A DNA stretch of 63,396 nucleotides, filler included, from Chrysochromulina tobinii (taxonomy: Eukaryota): NCBI GenBank assembly GCA_001275005.1. It is 9 parts of 9 records of this genome, joined end to end, with 100 filler letters (N's around TTAATTAATTAA, not from the genome) between each part and the next. Parts side by side here need not be neighbours in the genome. Positions count along the whole stretch, not along the records: positions 36,715 to 47,713 come from JWZX01001338.1; positions 47,814 to 53,316 come from JWZX01001339.1; positions 53,417 to 57,824 come from JWZX01001341.1; 6 more parts are not named here. One strand, given 5' to 3'. The position numbers and the translations under genes were made by a program. Shown in pieces: positions 45,449 through 56,212 of this stretch (position 1 is its first letter; every line of letters starts with the position of its first letter). The notes under the pieces are model-generated. The model searched no databases and was not told where the DNA came from. It saw only the letters and a program-made list of their open reading frames with translations.

Positions 45449-46502
45449 TCACGAAGCCCGCCGCTTACGCACCTCCACCTCCTCCACCGCCATCTGTGCT
45501 GCCGCCCGGAACGCCGCCTGCAGCTCTGGTGCGGGCGACTGCAGCACGCCAAACGAGCGGTGGCCGTCGCCGCGGCGGGCGCCGAGGCGCGGCGCGGCCT
45601 CCTCCGGCGGCGAGATGGCCGGGCAGCCGCCCTGCGCCTCGTCGTTGAAGGGGCGATCAAAGGCTTCGTCGAGGAGCTCGATCGGCATGCCCCCCATCGC
45701 ACCGCCGGGTAGAAGGGCCTCCGGCCCGAGCACGGTCGCGTAGAACGAATAGATCCAGCACACGTCCGAGATGTTGCGGCTCGGCCCCGGCGTCGAGTGC
45801 GGGCACTTGGCGAAGCGCCCATCGTGCAGTGCATCGTACTCCTCGACGGCGCTGTGCACCGAGTTGTCGCTGCACGTCTTGTTCACGATCTTGAGCACCT
45901 TGGCCGACCACGTGCACGTGGCCGGGCTCGCGCCCGGCGCGTCGCACCAGCCCGCGGCCGTCGTCGAGTACCACATGTTCTTCCCGGGCCCCGCCGTCTT
46001 GTTGATGACCGAGAAGCCCCAGCAAGCCCACGGAGCCTTGATCCAGTTGTCCCACGAGCACATGCCGAAATGGCCGAAGGAATTCGTGATATTCTCCGCG
46101 CCAGCGGGCTTCTGGCTGCTGCAGTCGGACGCGTTCTCGAAGTTGCCACAGGTGCACAGGTAGTTCTGGCCGTGGCATGGCAGGCGGGAGAAGGGATCGA
46201 TGTCGCTCGCGTTGCACGCGTTGCACCGGCCATACTCGCCAAACTCGCCTTTCACGCTCAGAATGAGCTTGGTGATCACCAAGTCGTTGTCAACGACCTC
46301 CTCGTTGGTGCAATCCTTAGATTGTGGATTGCTGGCACACTCGATCGGCAGAACCTTTGATCTGAGATCAAAGAAGATGTCGCCACGCAGATCTGCCGTG
46401 TTCATGTTTACAGGGACCACACCTTCGTGTAGCGGGTTCACATGGTAGACGGTAAGGTCGGTATTGGCGAGGCCGGTGAGCATCGCGACGAGGAGCGCCA
46501 TG
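45449..46502 (-). CDS. Secreted cysteine-rich hypothetical protein
   Basis: Signal peptide MALLVAMLTGLA, many Cys and Trp residues, motifs NMNTADLRGDIFF and WYST..GWC. Confidence 0.7.
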
Positions 46503-46839
46503 GCGAGGTGCACCCTCGTGTGAAACACCGAACCTGTGAATGCCGTGCCATATTTGGGATGGGCGCATCCGGCTCGTTTTACTTCTTCGGCATTTCACCC
46601 GGCGGATCTTCGCAGCGTCCGAAAAGCGGAGGGTGAGTCTTCTCCACTCAGTCACTTACACGCACCCACTGTTTTTGGCACTCACACAGGTCACAGCACA
46701 TGCCACATCTGACATCTGACCCTCTTTAATTGTGAAGGACCCGATCTGGAGATCTCACGTGCTGCACTCTCCACTCGTGGTCAGTCGTGTCCCCGCTGCC
46801 GCACCCATATGCCATCTGCGTGTCCGCCCGCACGCTCTC

Positions 46840-47056
46840 AGTCTCACATCATGTTTCATCTCACTCTGCGCGGGCTGACGAGGCCACGAGATCGAATCCC
46901 CACGTCCCAGTGGCATTGCCCAGATCCAACCTCCTCGCCCCGGCATGTGCATGCGCCACGTCCATGAACGTCACGCCCTACAACGGCCCGTCGTCCCCCA
47001 CCCCCGGGATTCCCATTTCGAGAGAACCTGTGACGCTCGGAGCGCACGCACGTCAC
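46840..47056 (+). mobile_element. Interspersed repeat copy B (internally deleted relative to copy A)
   Basis: Reverse-complement similarity to 39282-39345 and 39540-39700. Confidence 0.65.
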
Positions 47057-47713
47057 AGGTTGCGACCAGGTTCACACTAGGTCCTCCCCGAACGTTGGCC
47101 GCTCGCAGATCTTTGTAGTGGCCCCAGAATGCGAATCTCAGATGTGCAACATGCCGGGCACGGCCGAGCGCGTCGCGTCGGGGTCGTTGCTATTGGGCGC
47201 CTCCATGTTCCCCGACGCGCCGCTGCTGCTGCCAGAGGCGCGGCCCCCTCCATTGCCCCCGCCGTCGCCCCCGCCGTCGCCCCCTCCATCGTCCCCTTCC
47301 TTGCGAAGCTCAAAGTCGCTCAGCTGGTGCTTGCCTGCGTCGACGTGATCGTCATGAGAGTCAGTAACGACGGAGAGGTAGGCAGCGGAGCATGCAGAGG
47401 AGCGATCCCAAGGCGGCTGATGCACGATCGTCGCGCCCTCCCGCGCCGACCTTGCCGCCGCCACATGCTGCGCCTCCTCCTTTTGCTGGCGCACCATGTC
47501 ATGCTGCCGTACGCCGCCCTCGGCACTGTCTGCGCGTGAAGAGCCTTCCGTTTCGGAGGAATCTCTGTCGAAGCGATCGCTCATCTCGATGCCAACGCCG
47601 CCACCGCCGCCACCGCTACCGCCGCTACCACTGGGGATGGAGACGCTGCACGCGGACGGCTCCTGTTGATGAAGCTTATCTGCGGAGACCGAGCTCGCGG
47701 ACATGTTGCGGAG

Positions 47714-47813
47714 NNNNNNNNNNNNNNNNNNNNNNNNNNNNNNNNNNNNNNNNNNNNTTAATTAATTAANNNNNNNNNNNNNNNNNNNNNNNNNNNNNNN
47801 NNNNNNNNNNNNN
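47714..47813. other. Artificial contig linker
   Basis: N run containing TTAATTAATTAA. Confidence 0.98.
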
Positions 47814-49559
47814 GCTGTCATCTCGGCCGTCTCGGCTCCATCCGCCGCCTCCAGCGCCTCTGCCTCCACCGTCCAACTCTCGACCGTCTCGGCCGACGGC
47901 GCCCACGTCCGCCCAGGACGTCCCATCTCCGATTGAGAAGCTCGTCGATCCAAACCGACGCACAAAATCAGGCTGAGCCTCCACATCGATCCCGTGGCTG
48001 GCGCCGCCCGCTCGTCGCACGCCCTCCGACGAGCCGCCGCCGCCGCAGAAGACGTCCACAACCGTCGGCGTCACGCCCGACTGCAGACGGCGCAGCAGCT
48101 GCACGTACTGTCGATACCAATCCAGCACGCGCTCCGCTCGCTCGCGCTGCTCCTCGAACTGCTCATCAGACGCGAGGTTCTTGCCCCCACCACATCGGTA
48201 GCTGCGTCCCCGTCTCAAGGCGGCCATAACCCCTGTCATGCCTCCACGCCGCCAGCAGCCCGGCCGCAGCTCACGAGACCTCCGGAAAATGTTCTGGAGG
48301 AAGGTCACGTGTGCCGAGAGAGCTCCCAGCTGACGGGCTCTCGCCCCAACCCAACCACGCTCAATGCTCGTCGGGCCCATCAACTGCGGCCGCCCCCTTC
48401 GCCACCGCCGCTGGATGACCTCCGCCGCGCGGAAACGTGCATCTCGCTCACCGAGGTCGCACATCGTGCACACCTCCACCGACTCGACCACCGGCTCGAC
48501 AACCGTCACCGCCGCCCCAGCCAACGGATACTCAGACGTCGCCGAGCTGCGTGTCAGCGGGTCGCCACTCATGCGCCTGACTGGCGCAGCTTCAGACGCC
48601 TCCAAGCCGCCTATGACCCTGCCGGTGTCCTCCGGACTGAGCCCTGCGCCATCCATCGACTCCTCGGATGACTCCGAGCCGCGTTTCGGCGAGCCGCCTC
48701 CTTCAATGCGCTTGCTGGTCGCATTCCCGGACGCCTCCGGGTCACATTCTGGTGAGCCACCATTCCTCCCTCGGGTGCCATCCGAACACGTTTGTAGCAA
48801 GTCATTGCGCCGTCCTGTGAGCTCAGGCCGCTCACAGAATCTCGACGCACACTCGGACGTCTCCGAGCCCATGAAACCCTCGGACGCATCCGAGCTAGCA
48901 CACCCCTCGGCTGCATCCGAGCTACATATTGGCGCGACAAAGACGCCTCGAGCTCCATCTTCACCGATATGAGATGGTGCAACACCGGATGCCTCCGGAC
49001 TGCATGTCGGCTCGCTACGATCCTCACCGGTATGGGATGGCGCGACCCCGGATGCCTCCGGACTGCAGGCTTGCGTACTCCTCCTGACGCGAGCATCCTC
49101 GGCTGCATCCGAGCTGCATGCTGGCTGGCCGCCACCATCACACAATGATGGCTCGACCCCGGATGCCTCCGGGCTGCAGACCTGCATCCCTCCGATGCAG
49201 GCAACACTCATGCGGTAGTGCGCATGCCCGGATGGCGCGGCGGCAGCCGATGAACGGCTTTCCTCCAGCAACCTCCAGGCTGTTTCGTACCGGCGAGTAC
49301 GCCGTCTTTCTCTGGCATGCCTTCTAGCCGAAAGCCTGCCTCGATGGCAACTGCGGCGACCATTTGCACTGGAGACGTCCTCAAATTTGACGACCTTTCC
49401 AGCCAATGGTTGCCTCAACGCCGAGCGCAGTCCGAGGCGACCCGCCTCTTGAACCTCAGCGCCCAGCATGCACGCACCACGCCCTTCGACGATGGATAGC
49501 GCAGCGTTGCCCAGGACTAGGCTCACCCTTTTGCGTGAGCCCAAGTCCTCGACAACCAT
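47814..49559 (-). pseudogene. Probably element-derived ORF ending in the N-terminal part of a C5 cytosine DNA methyltransferase
   Basis: TVVDVFCGGGGSSEGVRRAGG..GIDVEAQPDF..GDG matches DNMT motifs I-III. No PC motif before the contig end. Upstream CSPEASG repeats. Confidence 0.6.
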
Positions 49560-50619
49560 TCTCAATCGTAGGTCTTGTTAGCTTGCTTGTTCGTCGATGA
49601 GGTCAATCCACCCCGTCGCCACTTGACAATGCAGAGCCAGAAACCGAAACCGAGACGACACACGCGTGCGCCTCTCTCGCACCACGTGCGTGCTCACGCC
49701 GCTACTCTCGCGGAAGTGCGCCCAGTCGACAGACTGACACGCGGGCAGACAGTCACGCGCTCGCGATCTGGCTGACTTCTCAGACTTACTGTTTCGTCAT
49801 CATGCATGTATGTGTGCTGTTCGGTGGCCTGTTTCTGGCCAGCCCTCTCCCTCTGTCCCCGGATTGCGCGCCCCCCCGAACACGTCCTGTTCGAGCGCGC
49901 GTCCCCGGATTAGCGCCGCCTGAACTCCTGTTCAAGCGCGCATCCCCGCTTACGCGCTGCTTGAACACCTGTTCAAGCGCGCGCTCGCCCGCGCCTCCGC
50001 CTGCGCCTCGCTCCATATCGAAGTACTCCCTGCGGCCGGAGCCGCGTCCGGCGTCACCGGTCCTACGTCAGCATCTTTCGAGCCTCAAATGGCTGAACGA
50101 CGTCGCGCGTTTTAGGGAGTGGAATCGGGAATTTTAGGGAGTGGAATCGGGATCCCCGCCTGGGCCCGCAGGACATTGCGCACGCATTTACTGCAGAGCG
50201 TGAAGCGCTCAGCTGCATACTCCTCAAATGTGAGTTGTGACCCGCAGTGAAAGTAGAAGAGAGAGAGAGGACGGTCGAGTGCTCCGTCTTGGAGATGTTG
50301 CTACCCCATCGCCCATGTGTCCTCGTGTTTGGGTAGGGTCAACGTTGCAGCAAGAACTTTAACGCGACCTCACTGTCATCGAAAGCGCCTCCGGCTCGCT
50401 AACACTGGACCGTGTTCAACACGAACACGGTGTTGAACACCTGTTTAACACACACGGGCTCTAGTAGCAAGGAGAGCGCACGACGACGCACGCTGACACT
50501 CGTACTGTACTCTGCATACGAGCCATCGCTCCGCGCTCCGCGCGTCGCTCAGGCGCCTCCTCCGCGCACCACGCTCCACGCTCCGCGCGTGGCTCGGACG
50601 CTTGAAACGCAACCGGGCC

Positions 50620-50620
50620 T

Positions 50621-50660
<40 letters not shown>
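50620..50660 (+). repeat. (CAG)13 microsatellite between two ~90-bp direct repeats (about 50527-50618 and 50746-50838)
   Basis: Direct reading of the sequence. Confidence 0.85.
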
Positions 50661-50664
<4 letters not shown>

Positions 50665-52479
50665 TGAACGCGGAAGCCAGCGGCACACCTCGCTCCGCAC
50701 ACCTCGCTCCGCGCTCCGCACGTCGCTCGGGCACACCTCGCTCCGCGCTCCGCGCTCCGCGCGTCGCTCAGGCGCCTCCTCCGCGCACCACGCTCCGCGC
50801 TCCGCGCGTGGCTCGGACCCTTGAAACGCAACCGGGCCAGACGCCGGGGGCATCGGACCTGTGCACCGACGCGCCCGAAGGCGCGCCCCCACCGGCGGGG
50901 AACGCAAAAACGCACTCGACATCGTCGCATGACGACGGTGTCGAGAACAAGAAGCTTCCGTCGCCGCCGCCGCCGCCGCCGCGGCCGCCTCCTTGGGGTC
51001 AAGCCGCAGGCCGAGGCACCACATTCGGCGCCGGTTGCGTCGCGCGGCGCGATGCGTCGGCGCCATTGCCGCCGCACCTGCAGAGCACGCGTGCACTCAG
51101 CGCCATCGATCCGTGCTGCTGCATGCGCGCGCGCGCGAGGCATCCGTCCCTGGAGCGCTGCTGTGCGTGCACGGACGGGCCCGGCATGGAGTCCGAGCTC
51201 ATCTCCTCCGCAGCGCGAGCGCGTCAAGGCGCGAGGCGAAAGGAGCGCGTCGGTCGATGGCAAATGAAGAGAATGTTGGGGACAGATCTGTCGCCCGCGC
51301 GCGCAGCTTGCATCGGTGGGTCGCTGCGCGGGCACGAGCTGGCAAGACTAGGGAGTCAAAGCGCATCTCCTCCGTGGCGCGCGCGCTTCAAGGCGCGCGG
51401 CGAAAGGGGCGCGCAGATCGATGGCAAATGGAGAGAATTATCGGACGGATTTGTAATCCGATGCGCCTGAAGCCGGCCGCAGCGGGGCGGAGGCGCGCGC
51501 GCGCGCGAGGAGTCGAAGGAGGCGAAGGAGGCTGCACTTTGAAAGATTTGGAAAAGAAGTTGATTGGAACTATTGAGACAGTGCAGCTACCGCGTAGCTA
51601 AACAACTTCTGACGGGCCTCCCTCTGAAGCTCATTCACACACTCTCCCCTCAGGCATTTGTACAACGCACCCATCTGTGATCGCGGAGCCGCGGCCCCGC
51701 GCAAACCCATGGCGCGCGCGCAGCGAGCAACGGCGTCTACGCATCGCGCACGGGATCAGAGCAAGTGCGCTGGCGAGCCGTCGGCTCGTACGCGCCGCTT
51801 GCTTCACGACCGGCATGGCGGGGGGGCAACCAAGTCATCTGTCGAACTGGCGGCATGGCTTCACGCCTTCACGGGCCCTGTCACGGGCGACAAGAGGCCG
51901 CGCGCCAGTGACGCTCCGGTGACCGACGGCCAAGGCTCAGCGCGGCGCGTGCGCCACGCGGCCTTGCACGCGGCGCCAGCGCCTCCCAATCAATAGGCCA
52001 ATCGTTGGCCATCAGGATGAGCCCCGCGGAGCAACGACAGCCGATGCTCCAGATCACCTTCACACCACCGCAGGACGGCCTCGCCGACCGTCCAGGGTAT
52101 CATCCTGCAGGCTCTTGGGCCGCTCCTCCAGCGGCGCCCGCCGATGGTCGTGGAACAGGCGATGGGCACCCATCTTACGGCGCCCATGCCTCTTTGCCCG
52201 CGGCTCGTGCACGGAGCAGCGGGGCATGGCAGTAGCACCATCCCGGCCCCGGTTCCGCTGCGGGCCCAGCTCACGGCGGCCGGGCCGCAGGAGGCGGCGC
52301 AGCAAGCGGCGCTCCAGCGCCCGCGCCTTACAACTCAGCTCGTGGCCCAGCGAGCTGTGACGGGCGTACCGACAACGCTTGCAGCGATCGAGGCAGCGAA
52401 GGTGGTCCACGAGGCCATGTAGCTGATTGTTCTGCTACCGCCCTACGCCTTGGTCACCGTGTGTGGTACCAGCGTGGCT

Positions 52480-53215
52480 CGCCTCTTCGAATCCGCACCG
52501 CAGCAGATTGTGGACCACGTTCTGCGACGCACGCGCCGCAGATGGACGTCGGCGACGATTGCCCGGGCCCGGCGGGCATCGTCCGTCTTCTTATCTGGCT
52601 AGAGGCGCATGACATCGAACATGACGGCACGGTCGACGGCCTCACGCTGGGTCGCCTATCTGGATGACGTCGATAGTTCCGACCGCGCGCGCTGCGCTGC
52701 ACGCGCAGCTAACTACAGCGCTGCCGAAAGCGACGGACCGCGTGGTAAGCCGCAGACCGGCAAGTACGCGGCCGAAGGGCAGTGGAAACACCTCCTACGC
52801 GGTCTTCCTTGAGAACGACCCGCCGGACGGCGACCCCCCTTCAAAGCCACGCGCACATTCAACGCCGCCATGGCCAAGGACCGCGTTGCGATTGCCAATC
52901 GTGCAATCTGGAAGCGCGTTCTGGAGGCGCGCCTGACGGATGGGAATGCGCTCCACTCCAAGCGCCACTTACTCCCGCACGTCGCGCAAGCGCGCGGCGA
53001 GCCGCCCGAAGACGCCGTTGAACTCGGCCGATGGAGCGGCAGCACAGCGCAGGACGCCGACCTCGAGCCGGCGCTGCGCGCCCAACGCTGCCACCGCCTG
53101 CGGGTGGGCACGCTACCTGACATATATGCGTAGGCGGCGAAGGTTGAGCGCGTGCTCAACATCATCACGCGTCAGATGGACGCTCAACATCATCACGCGT
53201 CAGATGGACGCTATA
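52480..53215 (+). mobile_element. Degenerate tyrosine recombinase (DIRS-superfamily-like remnant)
   Basis: ALHSKRHLLP (H-x-x-R), ELGRWSGS, LPDIYA (catalytic Tyr). Upstream frames are broken, and a stop plus a small duplication follow. Confidence 0.6.
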
Positions 53216-53316
53216 TGAGCCGCGCTGTGGACGCGATGGGACGCGCTCCCGTGGCAGCACAGCTGGCAATTCGTCGTGGCGCCTTCTGCGGCGCCAGCCG
53301 CGCCTGCATAGGCACC

Positions 53317-53416
53317 NNNNNNNNNNNNNNNNNNNNNNNNNNNNNNNNNNNNNNNNNNNNTTAATTAATTAANNNNNNNNNNNNNNNNNNNNNNNNNNNN
53401 NNNNNNNNNNNNNNNN
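53317..53416. other. Artificial contig linker
   Basis: N run containing TTAATTAATTAA. Confidence 0.98.
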
Positions 53417-56123
53417 ACGCGCGTGGGAGTGGGATCTCCGCCCGTGGGCGCTCGGGCTGCCGGCGGTGCCGACAGTCCCCTCGTCCTTCGAGGGCGCTCG
53501 TCCGACGACGTCGGTTGACGTCGAACGGCTAGCGCGAGAGACGGAGCCGGGGGGCGATCTCGAGCACTACCCCGATCAGGCCATCCTCCAGCAGCTCAGG
53601 GACGGCGTGTCGGACGACGTGCCCCCCTGACGGGCTCCTTCCTGTGCGGCCCGCACACAGGAGCGCTGCAGCACATCGAGCTCGCGACGAGCAAGCTCAA
53701 CGCGGTCGTCGAGGGCGGCTGGGGCTTGGCGCATGGCGACCTGCCTTACTGGCCGATGCGCTCCGACCCGTACGGTATCGCCGACGAGACGGCGCGGGCG
53801 GGGAAGCCCAAGTTCAGGCTCACGAACGACCACTCCTGGCCTCCAGCGCCCCGAGGGGAGTTCGCGTCGGGCGTCATCGGCGACGCCACCGCGCGACTGC
53901 AGTCGCTCAACGGGTCGATGGACCGGTCGAGCTGGCCGGAGGCGCGCCTCCCGAGGGTGCACCAGGTCGCCGAGGCGGCGGCAGTGTTACAGACGGCGGG
54001 AGCTCGCGTAACGGCGGCTGCGGTTGATGTGGTCGCGTACTACAAGCAATTCGGCCGCCAGTCCCGTGAATGGCACCGAAACTGTGCCGTGACCAAAGAC
54101 GGCTTCATCGTGGACGAGCGCTGCTGCTTTGGCAGCGCGGCGGATGCGACGAAGTGTGCCCGAGCGTCGAGCCTCCTCGTGCACAGGGCGCGACGCGCGC
54201 TCCAGCGCTTCGACGCGGCGCACCCGTCTCGCGACCCGACGGTAGTCGAGTGGCTGAGGCAGCGTCGGGCGGCAGGGGAAGCGCTCGGTTGCTCGGACGT
54301 CGAGGTAAACGAGCGATGGGCGTGCCTGCATGCGCTCGGAATGTACATCGACGACGCCGGGCTGGTCTCCATCGACGACGACGTCTTCGACAGCTCCGGC
54401 GCTCCGGTGATGCGCAACGGGGTCCAGCTCACGCGGGCGTGGGCACACTTCGAGATTCTTAAGGCGTCACTCGCCGAGATGGGCCTTGAGACGACTAAGG
54501 AGCAGCCGCCGTCGTCGGTGCTGACGCTCCTGGGCGTCGAGATCAACCTGGATACGCGGCGCATGCGGGTGTCTGACGACAAGCGCGTCAAGTACGCCGA
54601 GCGCGCGAGAACAGTCGCGGCGCTCACCGTCGTCGGCCGAGACGAGTTCCTCGGCCTCTTAGGCCGGCTGAACTTCGCCGCCACCTTCTACCCGCGCGGG
54701 AGGCAGTGGCTCCACGCGCCGTGGCGGGCGGTACGCGCCCAGTACCGGACGGCCGCCGACCAGGTGGTCATCTCGAAGGCGGTGCGCGAGCAGCTGAGGC
54801 TATGGGTCGCAGAGCTCGGCAAGCCCGACCACGAGGGCGTGCCGATCGGCGCGGCGGAGGCGTTCCCGGCCGCGGCCTCCCCCGAGGTCTCGGCCATCTA
54901 CGCCGACGCGGCGCTCGAGTGCGCGGGCGCCGGCTTCTGCGCGTGGACGGTCGACGGGGATGAGCTCCTGTACGTACAGGGCGAGTGGTCGAGCGCCGAG
55001 CGCGAGAGCTACCTCGGCAAGTACCTCTCGCACGTCCGGATGTGGCACCGGCAGGAGTTCTTCCGGGACATCATCGGGGACGATTACGGGCAGCTCAAGG
55101 AACTCCTCAAGGGCATCGCGAGGACGGTGACGCAGCCACCCAAACTCGAGCGCTGGGGCGTGCGGACGCAGGACCTCGCCGCGTCGATGCAAGCGTCGCT
55201 CAACCCGGCGTCGGCGGTGGACTCGAACTGGTTCGCGGCACTGACGTGCGCCTTCTGCGGGCTGCTCAGGGCGGCCGAGTTCTCTCTCCAGCCGGGGGAG
55301 ACCTTCGACCCGGCGAAGCATCTGACGCGGGCCGACGTCACGTTCGTCACGGAGGCAGACGGCTCCGAGTACGCCGTGATCGCTCTGTTGTGTCAACCGT
55401 GTGGAGGTCACCCCCTCTTAGTGAGGAAGAGCTCAGTGAGCTACCTGAGTGTGTGTTGTGTGAACGCCTGGTACGGCGCGCGGAGCGCGGCGTGAGGAGC
55501 GGCGCGCGCGTCCCTTCCCTTCGCGTGTCGCGGGTCACGCTCAGCGGAGCAGCCGGTACGGCGCGAGTCGAGAGGGGGGGTGAGTCCCCCGGGGGGGCAA
55601 AGGGGGGCGGAGGAAGAGCGCGGCGGACGCGTGTCGCCCTGCCTGCGTCAGATTCAGGGAATCGGGAGGCAGGTTTCGTCGCGTCCGCGAACTCCCTCGC
55701 TTGTCGGCGCGGCAATCGGACGCGTTCGGTAGCGTGGGGAGGAGGGCGCCCGAAGGGGCGGCGGTAGCCGCCCCTTCGGGCGGGCTCGGGGCCCCGGCGC
55801 GGGGGACCGAGCGTGGACCGGGTCGGCGCACCCACTACGCAGCACCCACCCGCCCACCCGTGTGCGTGAGTGGGTCTCGTACGAGGCCGACTGGGGGTCT
55901 GGGAGGTCGTGTTGGATCCGGCGTCGGAGCCGTGCCACGAGTTGCCGGAAGCGGGCGAATGGGGTATGTGGGTAGCAGCGCTTGGCGCCGCCGCCCACTC
56001 CCGGGACCGGCTCTGTTGTGTCAACCGTGTGGAGGTCACCCCCTCTTAGTGAGGAAGAGCTCAGTGAGCTACCTGAGTGTGTGTTGTGTGAACGCCTGGT
56101 ACGGCGCGCGGAGCGCGGCGTGA
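53417..56123 (+). mobile_element. Tyrosine-recombinase retrotransposon (DIRS/Ngaro/PAT-like), internally deleted: RT, partial RNase H, partial YR, direct repeats
   Basis: RT KFRLTNDHSWP, DVVAYYKQF, CCFGS, MYIDD, LGVEIN, LLGRLNFAA. RNase H start IYADAA..GFCAW. YR AFCGLLRAAEF..LTRADVTF. Identical 114-bp repeats at 55382-55495 and 56010-56123. Confidence 0.85.
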
Positions 56124-56212
56124 CACAGTTCCGCTCGCTCTTTCTTGCGGCGGGCGCTACCGGAAATCGTGCGAAGTGCGAATCCTCGTCGTGCAGCCAC
56201 GGAATTGAGGGC

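Noticed and set aside
40139..46502. Functional gene cluster (ARL2, PCS, TMTC-like, secreted protein on the same strand)
   Set aside because: The functions are unrelated, and compact co-orientation alone is not evidence.
47077..47713. Gly-rich minus-strand ORF at contig end
   Set aside because: Low-complexity fragment with ambiguous frame and no motif.
50412..51470. PolyQ protein ORF
   Set aside because: Built from a CAG microsatellite and direct repeats, with a non-ATG start and no coding signature.
47814..56123. One element comprising DNMT, YR and RT
   Set aside because: The RT lies on a different contig across a linker, and the DNMT ORF and YR remnant are on opposite strands kilobases apart. 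Linkage cannot be claimed.
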